Positions 32,572 to 42,433 of a DNA stretch of 52,643 bases are shown here, in pieces. How positions within the stretch are numbered: the stretch's first letter is position 1; each line of letters starts with the position of its first letter. The stretch lies in IMG/VR virus record IMGVR_UViG_3300028801_000004; one strand, written 5' to 3'. A program made the position numbers and the translations under genes. Below the pieces are notes generated by a model. The model did no database searches. It was given only the letters and a program-made list of their open reading frames with translations, and was not told the origin of the DNA. The stretch is from a virus.

Positions 32572-35499
32572 CTAGGGGTTGTCGTCTTGCTCGTCGGTAC
32601 TCGGTTGCGTCTGTGCTGCAGCGCGAGCCACTGCTGCCGTCGCTTGCACCGGCCGCCGTCCGGTGAGGATACTCGCAACCGTTTTCAACACACTCGGGTC
32701 ATCAGGTGCCAAACTCGCCAAGTGCCGCATATCATCGACCGCTGTCGGGCTCGTCATCACGGTGGCCAGCTTTCGATACGTGCCTCGACGCGACATATCG
32801 CGTAGCGCGGATACGATCGCGGCCGTCACGCCAGCAGGTCCGTGAATCAATGCTGCAGGTGCCGCGTCCAGCCCGATTGTAGCAGCCTGCTCAGCCGTCG
32901 AGGTGGGTTGTGTGGTCTTGGGCATCGCGAGCTTGCCTGTGGCATCCAACACGTCGAGAAACCGCCCAAAACCCTGGTACACAGCAGTCGGATCCTGGCC
33001 CTGGGCCTCAGCCGTTTTCTGTATCATCGCGCGCACGTTCGCGGCCTCCCGGGGCGTGCCTTCGAGCGAATCACGCAGTGTGGTGCCGGTCGTTGTGAGC
33101 GTCTGGCCGCGCTGTGACTTGAGCGACGAATTCAGCTTGTCTTCCAGGTACGAGCGCACCAAATTCGGGAACGCAGTCTTATCGGACTTGCCGAGCTGGT
33201 CTGCGATAAAGCCGATGCGCTGCGGCGTCGCATTCTTGCCACTCAACTCACCCATCGCGCGGCTCGTCACAGCCTCGGTCTGATCGTTAGCGCCGCGGCC
33301 CGCGATCTTGCCGATCGGCCCCTTGAGCAGCGGGTCGACCAATTCAGTCGACAACTGCGAGTAGATTTGCCGAGCATTCTTGATGGCGGGCGACACGTCT
33401 TGGATCAGGTCGTCGAGGTTGTTCAGGTGATTTTTAATCACGCCAGCCGTCGTGCGCTGCTCGGGCGTCGGGTTGAGACCAAGCTGGGTTTTATCTCGAT
33501 TCGCCTTGTACACGCTCTCAAGCTGCGAGGGCAGCGTGATCGGCTCGCCGTTCGGGGCCAGGTCGTTGCGGTACTGACTGAGGATCTTGCCCTCGGTGGT
33601 GTCGCGCCCCGCGGCCCGGATATCGCCGTCGAGTTTCGCGAGAAACGAGTTCACTTTCGACGTCACGGCAGGTAGGTTGCGCTGCGCGAGTTGGTCCTGG
33701 GCTTGGTAGAAAGCCCGCTCGGATGCGTCGATCTGAGCGGCGTACTCCATACCCTTGTTGATGGCCTCGTATGTGCCCGCCTTGCCCTGGTCGGCCGCTG
33801 CCAAGTTCCGATTCGCTTTCACGTCGCCGGCGAGACCGAGCTTACGGGCGATCGTCTTGTTCGCTTGGTTGATCTGGTCGTTCGTGAATGCGTGCAGCTT
33901 GCCCGCCGTCTGCACCGCGCTCGCGCGCGAGTCACTGAGGTCTTGGATCTTCTGTGGTAGCTGAGCGAGCTGATCAGACAAATCCATCGTCTCGACGTCC
34001 GCGGCACGCTGTGCTTTGTACCCTGGTCCAGCGGCGGCAGTGCGGTAGGCCTGAGCCTTGCGCAACACCTCGTCGGCGGCAGTCTGCGCTGCGTTGGCAG
34101 CCTCATTCGGCCCTACGTTCTGCCCAATACCCGCGACTTGCTTGCGCGCAGCGTCCTGCACTTGCTGCGCGCGGCCCGCCACGGCATCTTGAATGACGTT
34201 CTTGGTGACGGGCGCTGCTGCCACGTCGGCCGTGAGTTGGCGCAACTGGCCGTTCGCCGGCAGGGCCTCGGGACCGAGCAGCGGGATGCCCTGCTTTTGG
34301 GCATCGGCCAGGAGCGAGCGTGCCTGATTCCAATCTTCAGGTGAATTGTTCTTGACGGCCTGTTGCAGTAACTTCGCAGCGTTCTGCGTCGCGCGGTCCG
34401 ACGAGCGCAGCAGGTTCGACACCGTAAGCGGGGCAGCACCCGCCGTGAGCCCCAGCACGAGTTGCCCGACAGGGCCGACACCGTTCTCCCGGCCCGTACT
34501 TGCTGCGGCGGTACCAGCGCCGGCCGCGAAGGCTTGCGTAAGAGGCCCTGTCGCTAGCTCAGTAGCCGCGTTGCGCACCACCGGGTTCGTGGCCACCTTG
34601 CCCAGTGCGCCAGCCACACCCGAACCGGTCAATGCCCCGACGCCCGCGGTGGCCACGTCGCCCACAACGCGCTGGAATGGGGTCTGAGCTTCGGGCACGC
34701 CCGCCGCGGTCATCGCGTTCTGCACGGTCTGCCCAGGCATCGCCAGTTGTGGGATGTTCGTGCCGGCGAGTTTGTTAATGCCGCTCGTGGCCGCATTGAC
34801 GCCTGTGTTGAGCAGGTCGGCTACCCCTGTCACGGGGGACGTCAGGGCCGTAACTACATTCCTGGCGCCGAGCCCTAGGCCCTGGGCAGCGGTCAAATCT
34901 TTCGGCTCTTGGTCGGGCGGCGGTACGCTAGGTACCGGAGCAGGCCCGAGATTCACGCCTGAGTACCAATCATCTGAGGCAGCAGCGGGGCTGCCCTGCC
35001 CCACAGCAGCTGAGGCTGCTTGCACCTTGTTGGCATACTTCGGATCCTGTGCGTAGCCTTGCAGGCCAGCCGTGAACTTCTTCGGGTCATTGCCCGCGCC
35101 CACGGCACCTGGGTACGTGGTCTTGATCAGATCGACGTACCGATCCGCGAAAGCATCTGGGCTATCGAACTTGGCGTAAGAGTCGGCAGTGCCGGTCTGA
35201 TTGTCGCGAGCTTTCACGCCCGTAGGCGCTTTGATGTTGCCGAGGTTGTTCGTGCCAGGAATAACCTTCTTGCCCCACGCAGTCTCTTCGCCCCATTGCC
35301 CAAGCACTAGGCTCGGGTCGACCCCGAGTGCTGCGCCGGCCTTGGCCGCAGCAGCGCCGTACTTGGTCTTGAATGCGTCGATCGTGCTCGCGGGGGCGTT
35401 GCTAGGGACTGTGCTCGACGCCGGAGTGGGGGCATCTGGGGCCCCCGGCGTCGAGGCAGCCGGCGCAGGGGCCAGAGCAATGTCGTCATCCCAGCTCAC
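32572..35499 (-). CDS. Large ejection/internal virion protein with an N-terminal glucosaminidase (FlgJ-type) peptidoglycan hydrolase domain (P22 gp16 position)
   Basis: LGVDPSLVLGQWGEETAWGK...NNLGNIK...YAKFDSPDAF resembles the mannosyl-glycoprotein endo-beta-N-acetylglucosaminidase domain. 975 aa, Ala/Gly/Gln-rich. GTGA overlap. Confidence 0.8.
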   Translation of the reverse strand: MSWDDDIALAPAPAASTPGAPDAPTPASSTVPSNAPASTIDAFKTKYGAAAAKAGAALGVDPSLVLGQWGEETAWGKKVIPGTNNLGNIKAPTGVKARDNQTGTADSYAKFDSPDAFADRYVDLIKTTYPGAVGAGNDPKKFTAGLQGYAQDPKYANKVQAASAAVGQGSPAAASDDWYSGVNLGPAPVPSVPPPDQEPKDLTAAQGLGLGARNVVTALTSPVTGVADLLNTGVNAATSGINKLAGTNIPQLAMPGQTVQNAMTAAGVPEAQTPFQRVVGDVATAGVGALTGSGVAGALGKVATNPVVRNAATELATGPLTQAFAAGAGTAAASTGRENGVGPVGQLVLGLTAGAAPLTVSNLLRSSDRATQNAAKLLQQAVKNNSPEDWNQARSLLADAQKQGIPLLGPEALPANGQLRQLTADVAAAPVTKNVIQDAVAGRAQQVQDAARKQVAGIGQNVGPNEAANAAQTAADEVLRKAQAYRTAAAGPGYKAQRAADVETMDLSDQLAQLPQKIQDLSDSRASAVQTAGKLHAFTNDQINQANKTIARKLGLAGDVKANRNLAAADQGKAGTYEAINKGMEYAAQIDASERAFYQAQDQLAQRNLPAVTSKVNSFLAKLDGDIRAAGRDTTEGKILSQYRNDLAPNGEPITLPSQLESVYKANRDKTQLGLNPTPEQRTTAGVIKNHLNNLDDLIQDVSPAIKNARQIYSQLSTELVDPLLKGPIGKIAGRGANDQTEAVTSRAMGELSGKNATPQRIGFIADQLGKSDKTAFPNLVRSYLEDKLNSSLKSQRGQTLTTTGTTLRDSLEGTPREAANVRAMIQKTAEAQGQDPTAVYQGFGRFLDVLDATGKLAMPKTTQPTSTAEQAATIGLDAAPAALIHGPAGVTAAIVSALRDMSRRGTYRKLATVMTSPTAVDDMRHLASLAPDDPSVLKTVASILTGRRPVQATAAVARAAAQTQPSTDEQDDNP

Positions 35500-36965
35500 G
35501 GCTTCACCCCTTCCTTGCCATTGGGCAGGATCACGTGAGTGCCGGAGGGCAGCGCATCGTACTCAGCTTTGCTCGCGGGCTTCGCTGGCCCATCTCCTGC
35601 AGCAGGGGCACCTTGCTTTTTCTTAATGAAACTACTCAGCGTGGCTTTCGAATCCTTGCTGTTGTACAGGTTGTCGACATCCTCAACTGTGAACGGGACG
35701 GCTTGTTTTATCGAAGCCGAGACCTGATCCGCGAGTTTCTTAGCCCCAGGATCAGTCCGGCTATTCGCCTTGAGCGTATCCATGCCGCCATCTACGATCT
35801 GGCGCATTTCCGCGAGCTTGTATGCCTTTGTCCAGTTCGTGTCCGTTGCGCTGAAGCGAATCGCGTCCATTTGGTGCGTGAGTGAGCCACTCGGCGCCAA
35901 GCCCTGGGCTTCAATGGCTGCCAAGTTACGCTGCACGCCTGCGATTTTCACGTTATAGGTCTGGGCTTCTTGAGGAGTCAGCATGTTGGCCAGCGACTCC
36001 TTACCTGCGTCGAGCAAGCTCGGCCCTGGCGTCCGGCCCCCGAAGAACCCAGAACTTTGCGAGATCGGGCCGCGCGCGATATTCGCGATGTCCTTCGTGG
36101 CCAAGTTGGCTGAAGAAAGGATGCGATTCGTATAGACCGCTTCGCGCCCACCGGCTGCTCCGGTGCTGCCCGATTCTTTGGCCAGATGGTCCTTAATCGC
36201 CTGCTTGTACTCAGGCGTGCCAGTGCCATACGTCGCCGCTGCTTCTTTCATGAATGGGTCTTGTCCTGCGCTATCAGCCGCGCGCTGCGAGTTCGCGTCG
36301 AGACGAGACTCGCGCTCCTGGTCGATCTTTGCACGGGTGTCCGCCGCGCGCTCGGCCAGCACAGTCTTGTATTGGGGGGAGCCCGCGATGAACGCTTTGT
36401 TGATAGTAGGGTTAAAGGGGCCTTGTATAGTCGTTGCCACGTCATTCGGGATGGCGCCAGTCTTATTTGCGTCTGTAATCTGTTGATTGCGCTGCCGCCC
36501 TGCCTGCTCGGCCGCCTCTTGCGGCGAAGTGCCGCTGGCGAGCAAGTTGTCGTATAGGTCTTGCGCACTCGTGGCGATATCCACCATCTTGTCGTGCTGG
36601 CGGTCGTTGATATTCATGCCCAACAGACGCTGGTTGATATTGTTCGTAATTGTCTGCTGCTGTTTCTGCTGCGTTGCCACAACACTATTTTTCAGCTGCA
36701 CTCCCATATCGGGGTTAACCTGTGACACCTTGCCGATCGTGGCGTCCGTGGGTAGCCCCGTTTGTGGGTCTACGGCGCCGGGCTGCTGAAATAGCTGCAG
36801 CACAGCATTCTTCTGCTGAGCTTGCTGCTGAGCATCCTGCACCTGAAGCTGCGCGAGCTGATTGCGGTACTGCATCTGCTGTGCAGCGGCCACGCTCTGG
36901 GCAGTCGGAAGCTGCGGGAATTTATACCCCAACGGGATACTTGCGTCGACGGTGTCGCCTGCCAT
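35496..36965 (-). CDS. Ejection/internal virion protein (P22 gp20 position, 489 aa)
   Basis: Gln/Ala-rich coiled N-terminus. Size and order match P22 gp20 (about 471 aa, from memory). Confidence 0.6.
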   Translation of the reverse strand: MAGDTVDASIPLGYKFPQLPTAQSVAAAQQMQYRNQLAQLQVQDAQQQAQQKNAVLQLFQQPGAVDPQTGLPTDATIGKVSQVNPDMGVQLKNSVVATQQKQQQTITNNINQRLLGMNINDRQHDKMVDIATSAQDLYDNLLASGTSPQEAAEQAGRQRNQQITDANKTGAIPNDVATTIQGPFNPTINKAFIAGSPQYKTVLAERAADTRAKIDQERESRLDANSQRAADSAGQDPFMKEAAATYGTGTPEYKQAIKDHLAKESGSTGAAGGREAVYTNRILSSANLATKDIANIARGPISQSSGFFGGRTPGPSLLDAGKESLANMLTPQEAQTYNVKIAGVQRNLAAIEAQGLAPSGSLTHQMDAIRFSATDTNWTKAYKLAEMRQIVDGGMDTLKANSRTDPGAKKLADQVSASIKQAVPFTVEDVDNLYNSKDSKATLSSFIKKKQGAPAAGDGPAKPASKAEYDALPSGTHVILPNGKEGVKP

Positions 36966-36977
36966 GATCTTAGCTCC

Positions 36978-37730
36978 TTAGCCTATTAAGGAATCGCCCG
37001 CACCAGACACCTGGCCCGCCGCACCGCTCGTCCCGCCTACCCCACCCAGATTATTAATCGCGCTGCTGAATGCCGGGTTGTTGAACAGAGACTGCAAACC
37101 GCTGCTCACCGAGTTCGCCGACCCAATCGTACCCGCCGCTTGCGCGTTACCCGCGCCGATAATATTGCTACCTTGCTGCGCCGCTGAAGCCGCACCTAGA
37201 CCGCCGAGGTTGGCCGCGGCATTCTGCCCCGAGTTCGCGGTGCCCGAGAGCCGGGAGAAAATATTGTTCAACTGGGTCTGGTAGTTATTGAATTCTTGCT
37301 GGTACGAACTTTGGGCCGTGTTCTGCCCATAGTTCTGTAGCGCCAACAGGGTCGCCCCCGAGTTCACGCCACCGAGCGCAGACGCTTGGTTCGTGATGGC
37401 CTGCCCACCCTGCTGCAATGTGAAGTTGTAGAGGGGGTCGCTTGCGGGATTGTATTGGAACTGCTGGATCCCGAGTCCCGCGTCGGCGGGGTTGATGTTG
37501 CCTCCGGGCAACCCGAGAAATCCCGCCAAAGCCGCATTCGCGTTGTTGCCAGTCTGCAAGTACGGCGCCAGGTTGCCCGTAGTCTGATTGAACTGGGCTT
37601 GTTCGAGCGCGGTCGCGTTGTTAGCCGACGACGCCTGTTGATTCGCAGCGCTGGAAGATGCACTTGAGCCGATGGCTGCGCTACCGACCGCGCCCGCTGC
37701 CGCGACGCCCGCACCAATAACGATTGCCAT
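36978..37730 (-). CDS. Gly/Ala/Asn/Gln/Ser-rich low-complexity ejection protein (P22 gp7 position, 250 aa)
   Basis: AGGAG SD. Hydrophobic Gly/Ala N-terminus. Extreme N/Q/G/A/S composition. Confidence 0.6.
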   Translation of the reverse strand: MAIVIGAGVAAAGAVGSAAIGSSASSSAANQQASSANNATALEQAQFNQTTGNLAPYLQTGNNANAALAGFLGLPGGNINPADAGLGIQQFQYNPASDPLYNFTLQQGGQAITNQASALGGVNSGATLLALQNYGQNTAQSSYQQEFNNYQTQLNNIFSRLSGTANSGQNAAANLGGLGAASAAQQGSNIIGAGNAQAAGTIGSANSVSSGLQSLFNNPAFSSAINNLGGVGGTSGAAGQVSGAGDSLIG

Positions 37731-37738
37731 GATGACTC

Positions 37739-38191
37739 CTAGAGGATCTTTTTAACAACAATTTCAGTAGGCTGGTAGCCTAGAAACTTGAGAAATTTGC
37801 TCTTGTCCGAGTGTAATTTAGTCGTCTGTATCACTAACTTCACACCCCGGGCTTTCAGAGCCTTCTCGGCCTCCTTAAATAGCCGTAAAGCGACTCGGGG
37901 CTTATCTCTATGCTCGGGCACGATATAGTACACATCTACGAACCCCACTAACGTGGAATTATAGTGCAAATGTGGCTTCACAACGGTCGAATGGTACCCG
38001 ATCATCACACTATCCAACCTGACCGTAAGTAACTGTAGCTGACCTGCTGCATCCAACCCCTGGTAGCCTGCTACGTCCACATCGAGAGGTACCTCATCGC
38101 GATTAAGCGCAATTTCTTCCCAGTGCCGGGCGAGCAGAATGCGCGCCTCTGGGTAGAATTCCCCAAATCGCTCTAATTGATAGGTGATCAC
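37739..38191 (-). CDS. GNAT-family N-acetyltransferase
   Basis: Acetyl-CoA-binding-like stretch (VPEHRDKPRVALRLFKEAEKALKARG) and a C-terminal beta-strand pattern. 150 aa. GTGA overlap. Segment is visibly AT-richer than its flanks. Confidence 0.65.
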   Translation of the reverse strand: MITYQLERFGEFYPEARILLARHWEEIALNRDEVPLDVDVAGYQGLDAAGQLQLLTVRLDSVMIGYHSTVVKPHLHYNSTLVGFVDVYYIVPEHRDKPRVALRLFKEAEKALKARGVKLVIQTTKLHSDKSKFLKFLGYQPTEIVVKKIL

Positions 38192-38757
38192 GGTGCGCCA
38201 CGCCCAGTGTGGATATCTATGATGAGGTGCAAGCGATCGTCTACGCTGTTATTTATAACTTCGTGCTCGGCCTGATTCTGGAACCACCAAAATTCTCCCG
38301 TGCGCATCTGAACTTGCTCGTCTCCAGCGCGGAAAATACATCCTGGGGCGGCCTGTAGCACGATGTGGAAGCGCTCGTAGTACGCCGCATGGTCCCCTGA
38401 ATCGGTATGCGGAGTAATCCGCCCGCCCGGGGCCAACTTCGTGATCATGCAACGCCCCAAGCGCTCTCCTTGCACGCGGGCCATGATCTGGAATATCAGG
38501 AACCGAGCCTCGGGTAGTCTTGCGAGGGCGGGGTAGTTTATTGACTCGTGCTGATCAAGAATCGAGGGGTCTTCACCACCGTTTTCAAACAGCGAGATAT
38601 CATTGAAACGTAGCCAGATATCGGATACCTGCGCATGCGGGGTATTTTCATGCGTCGTGCGCAACGTATGCTGATTCCAGAGTTCTGGCATCTGTTTAAG
38701 CGCTACCAGAAGTGGAAGTACGTCGACATTCTCACCCATTTTGAAGAAATTTATCAC
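38188..38757 (-). CDS. Cupin-fold Fe(II)/2OG oxygenase, aspartyl/asparaginyl beta-hydroxylase-like
   Basis: LAPGGRITPHTDSG (HxD), ..GEFWWFQNQAEHEVIN (distal His), ..RLHLIID pattern. GTG start overlaps the upstream stop; an alternative ATG is at 38739. Confidence 0.65.
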   Translation of the reverse strand: MINFFKMGENVDVLPLLVALKQMPELWNQHTLRTTHENTPHAQVSDIWLRFNDISLFENGGEDPSILDQHESINYPALARLPEARFLIFQIMARVQGERLGRCMITKLAPGGRITPHTDSGDHAAYYERFHIVLQAAPGCIFRAGDEQVQMRTGEFWWFQNQAEHEVINNSVDDRLHLIIDIHTGRGAP

Positions 38758-39104
38758 GGCGTCACCGTCAGGCCGCTGATCGTCATGTTCACTTTCGACG
38801 CTGTATCGCAGAATGCGAAGATCAAATCACCCGCGATCAGCTCCATGCCCGCCAACTCTGGCGACACGTAGGTCTCACCAGGCTGTAGTACACGCCCGAT
38901 CGGGTTAATCACCTCGTTAGCAGACGACGCAGAGCCCGCGGCGGGTACGATATTGACCGTAATCGCGTGCGTGGCCGCGTCCGTGTTGCAGAATACCGCG
39001 CGCTGGATGATTTGCACCACGCCCGCGCCGGGCGCCGAGCCGTAAGATGCCGATGCGCCGGTCAAAAGCGTGGTGGGAACCAGTTTAGTGGCTTGGGTCG
39101 TCAT
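38754..39104 (-). CDS. Hypothetical virion-module protein (116 aa)
   Basis: AGGAG SD. Beta-rich. Position between the needle-position gene and the enzymes. Confidence 0.55.
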   Translation of the reverse strand: MTTQATKLVPTTLLTGASASYGSAPGAGVVQIIQRAVFCNTDAATHAITVNIVPAAGSASSANEVINPIGRVLQPGETYVSPELAGMELIAGDLIFAFCDTASKVNMTISGLTVTP

Positions 39105-39119
39105 GCGAAGCTCCTGAAA

Positions 39120-39866
39120 TTAAGCGGACTCATATGTGCCGCCTATCGTCATTTTATTGCCCGATGCGCCGGGGAAAGTATCATCGTAGAATACGATCTC
39201 TACGTGGTTACCATCAGGCACCCCGGTCGTACCCGACAGAGCCTTGCCCGTAGCGCTTATCTCTCGACCGGCGCAAGTCTGGAACCCAGAGGGTAGTGAC
39301 ACGTTCGCCTTTACCGGTAATGTTGCCAGCACGGCCGAGGCTGCAGTGCCCACTGTGGTTACATCGACCTCTAGCATAAAACTTACTGTCTTGCCGATAC
39401 GCTGAAATCTGCCTGCCGCTGACACCGTGGTGAATGTACCTGTGTTGGCTGTCACGACGGGGGTGTATGCCTGCCAAGAGCCTGGGGGTATCTGGTCGAG
39501 CTGAACCAAGTCATGTAGCAGGCGTCGATCCGGCTTGACGACGGGCTCGAAGTCCGATGCTCTCAGGTCCGTGCGCCGAGCGCTGGGCGCCAGGTCATTG
39601 AATAGCTGTAGCTGTTGTCTCGCGGCAGCAGGCACCTCAAGCGGGTGGTTAAGAATCGCGTCGTACAAATCCTGCTTGAGCTTGGCCAAGTCATCGATCG
39701 TGGATGTCTGGTCGAGCTGCGCCAAGAGTGACACGTCGGCCAGCGTGCCTGTGCCACCTGGAGGGGTATTCGGCTGCACCAGCACGTTCAAGGTCGCGAG
39801 AAAAATGAACCACTCGCGGGCCACCGTGCCATCTTTATTCAGAAAGGGGAGTTGGGCGCTTATCAT
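39120..39866 (-). CDS. Hypothetical tail protein (P22 gp26 needle/plug position, 248 aa)
   Basis: ATGA overlap with the gp10-like gene. Assignment rests on synteny and size only. Confidence 0.45.
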   Translation of the reverse strand: MISAQLPFLNKDGTVAREWFIFLATLNVLVQPNTPPGGTGTLADVSLLAQLDQTSTIDDLAKLKQDLYDAILNHPLEVPAAARQQLQLFNDLAPSARRTDLRASDFEPVVKPDRRLLHDLVQLDQIPPGSWQAYTPVVTANTGTFTTVSAAGRFQRIGKTVSFMLEVDVTTVGTAASAVLATLPVKANVSLPSGFQTCAGREISATGKALSGTTGVPDGNHVEIVFYDDTFPGASGNKMTIGGTYESA

Positions 39867-41302
39867 ACGGGCACCGCATCGACTTCAGCGGCCACAATCG
39901 CCACCGGTACCGGGTCAGTGCCCGACAATTCAAAGATGCGATCCAGCCCGCCACCGCGCTTCGTCATACCCAAGCGCTGATAGATGATACGCGTGCCGGT
40001 ATTGCCCACTCGGTTGCCGTCCGTCCACACCTCGTTAGACCAGTTATTGCCGTCATCATCCGACCAGCGCAGCACGAATTGCGGCGTCGTGCCATCGGGG
40101 ATGCTTAGCCCCGTCTGGCAATCGATCAGCAGTGAGTCGAAGCGCATCGGCTCGTACACGCGCTTGCCGGGGGGCAGCGCGCGCCAGGAGCGCAGCCACT
40201 TACGCACGGCGCCATTGTCGGTGTAGGTATTGTTGTCAAAGGCGTACAAGTTGCCATTCTGGAAATCCCCCACGACCTGCTTGCCGTAGGCATAGGCGAA
40301 CGTGGCGCCGATATGGCGGCTAAAAGTGCCGTTCTCGAATGCCGCGCGCTCGTGCCACAACTGGGTCGAGCCGTCGTAGCAGAACGTTTTGTTGCCCGTG
40401 GGGAATGTGATCACATAAAAGAAGTGCCCAGTGTCCTGGTACACGTACGCGGTGGCGTCGCTGATCAGCGACATCTTGCCGATCTCAAACTCGATCGAGT
40501 GCGTCGAGATGCGTACCGCTTGGTAACCGTTCGACATGTACACGACACCCTGGCCCTGCTCGTCGGCGCCGAGCCACACGATACTGTCGCCAATGCGGGA
40601 AACTGAGTACGCCGCGGCGCACCCCTGCGGGATCTGTACGCCTTGGAGACGCTGAAACGCGAAATTAGGCAGCCCCGCGTTGATCCACACTTCGGTGCGG
40701 TTCGTTTTGAAAATCCAGACCTCGCGGTGCAAATCGTACAGTGCCACGATGCCACCCGGCGCGGAGTCGGCCGACGTGAAGTTCAAGGCGCTCCAGGTCG
40801 TGAAGTCGTTCAAGTTCGATTGGAACCACTCTTCGGTACCCACGAGGTTGACCAGCGCAAATCCATCCTGGTACGCGAGCAGCGAGGGTTGCGTGACGAA
40901 CGGAGCGCCGGGGAGCACCTGTGTAAAAGTGAGCGTGCCGAAGATCAGCACCCAGCCGGCAGCACCGTCGACCACCAGCAGTTGCAGCCCGTTGTCGACC
41001 ATTTGCACGACGCCAGTGTTGGTCGTGAGCGTGCCGACCAGAACCGAGCCGAAGATACTGCTGACACTGTACAGCCCGTTGCCACTGACCACATAAAGAG
41101 TCCCGGTGGAGGCCGTATAGGAGCCTCGCTGCGGGCCTGGCCCGACCGTGCCGAGCAAGTCTAGCCCTGGGCACCCGAAGAGCCCAGCGACGGCTTTCCC
41201 ATCCTTGCCACTGACGACTTCAGCGTATAGGTTCACGAGCCGGTTATCGGCCAGCGTCTTAGACCGGCTAACCGAATACCCGCCGAGGATCGGGGACTCC
41301 AC
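39863..41302 (-). CDS. Tail hub / packaged-DNA stabilisation protein, P22 gp10-like (479 aa)
   Basis: N-terminal ..NRLVNLYAE....GK......PGL.. pattern. Beta-propeller-like composition. Size matches gp10 (about 472 aa, from memory). GTG start. Confidence 0.6.
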   Translation of the reverse strand: MESPILGGYSVSRSKTLADNRLVNLYAEVVSGKDGKAVAGLFGCPGLDLLGTVGPGPQRGSYTASTGTLYVVSGNGLYSVSSIFGSVLVGTLTTNTGVVQMVDNGLQLLVVDGAAGWVLIFGTLTFTQVLPGAPFVTQPSLLAYQDGFALVNLVGTEEWFQSNLNDFTTWSALNFTSADSAPGGIVALYDLHREVWIFKTNRTEVWINAGLPNFAFQRLQGVQIPQGCAAAYSVSRIGDSIVWLGADEQGQGVVYMSNGYQAVRISTHSIEFEIGKMSLISDATAYVYQDTGHFFYVITFPTGNKTFCYDGSTQLWHERAAFENGTFSRHIGATFAYAYGKQVVGDFQNGNLYAFDNNTYTDNGAVRKWLRSWRALPPGKRVYEPMRFDSLLIDCQTGLSIPDGTTPQFVLRWSDDDGNNWSNEVWTDGNRVGNTGTRIIYQRLGMTKRGGGLDRIFELSGTDPVPVAIVAAEVDAVPV

Positions 41303-41305
41303 GGA

Positions 41306-41617
41306 TCAGGACTCCGCCACCTTCGACAGCGCCGCCATGCGCTTCTTGGCCGCCATCTTGGCATCGCGATGGCGGGGCTTGTTCATGTGGATCTCGGCCG
41401 CGCGCGAAAGTGTATGCACGTCGCTCTCGGGGCCGTAGTGCTCATGGATGTCGGCGCGCGTGATCGGCACGACCTTGGCCGCTTTCATCTGGGCATTACG
41501 CTGTTGGGCGTAGTTCTCCATCGCCGACATCGGCTGGCCATTCTTCTTGTCAGCCTTCTTGGGGGCGTCGGACTTGGCCTCGCGCATTTTCATCGGGGAC
41601 TTCTTTTTCGTTGCCAT
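41306..41617 (-). CDS. Basic hypothetical protein (103 aa)
   Basis: ATG 41617 lies 8 nt after AAGGAG. The ORF-track TTG start at 41692 is less likely. Confidence 0.5.
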   Translation of the reverse strand: MATKKKSPMKMREAKSDAPKKADKKNGQPMSAMENYAQQRNAQMKAAKVVPITRADIHEHYGPESDVHTLSRAAEIHMNKPRHRDAKMAAKKRMAALSKVAES

Positions 41618-41692
41618 GATATTTGCTCCTTGGGGCTGGATATTTGCCTGACGCGCTTCGCCCATGCTATAGAAATCTTCCAAATACAACAA

Positions 41693-42430
41693 TCATTGGT
41701 AGCGTCCGCTATAAATATTAAAATTGGGCATCCCAGACTTTGTGATCTCACGATCGAACTGCGCGACATTGTTGCGTCTATTCGAGCGCTTAACATTCGC
41801 CAGCGACTTCGCCGCGATCTTCACCACGTCGGTCGAGACCGTAGCGTTCTTGCAGAACGGCGCGAGCAACAGCGCCAAGTTCGCCTGGATAGCCAATTCA
41901 TACCCAGGCGGCAAGTTGAACGGCGTCGTGAGCGTCGACAAGTCCGCGAACTGCTGGAACGAGTCGAAGAACAAGGTGTACGCGATCGTGGGCGTGGGCC
42001 AGATGTTGATCACGCCCAGCGGCATCTGCGGATCGTAGAACAGCGTATCCGGGATGTTAGAGGTCGTCGTCACACCCCGGTTAGCAATCTGGTTCCATTG
42101 CTCGCGGGTCACGATGTCGACGCGGTAGTTATTCGCGTTCGTGTCCTGCAAGTACGCGGCGCCCGGGCCTTCGATCAAACGGATCGGGCGCGCGGACTGC
42201 ACATTCGCGCCGCCCGAGAGCCCGATCGTGTATGAGTTCTGCCCCACCACGAGCGGAAAGCTCTGTTCCAAAATCGCAAAGCACGCAAGATCCTCGTTCG
42301 ACCAGGAATCGAGCATCTTATTGAGCTGATCGAGACCAAGCGCCGAGTCAGCACCCGTCATGGTCTCATTCGCCCCGTAATAGCCGATCATTTGATACGA
42401 GGTGAGGATCATTGCGCCCGCGGTGGACAT
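41693..42430 (-). CDS. Head-tail adaptor candidate (P22 gp4 position, 245 aa)
   Basis: Synteny only. Pattern ..FYDPQMPLGVINIWPTP.. resembles podovirus adaptor/tubular-A-like proteins (weak recollection). Confidence 0.45.
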   Translation of the reverse strand: MSTAGAMILTSYQMIGYYGANETMTGADSALGLDQLNKMLDSWSNEDLACFAILEQSFPLVVGQNSYTIGLSGGANVQSARPIRLIEGPGAAYLQDTNANNYRVDIVTREQWNQIANRGVTTTSNIPDTLFYDPQMPLGVINIWPTPTIAYTLFFDSFQQFADLSTLTTPFNLPPGYELAIQANLALLLAPFCKNATVSTDVVKIAAKSLANVKRSNRRNNVAQFDREITKSGMPNFNIYSGRYQ

Positions 42431-42433
42431 GGC

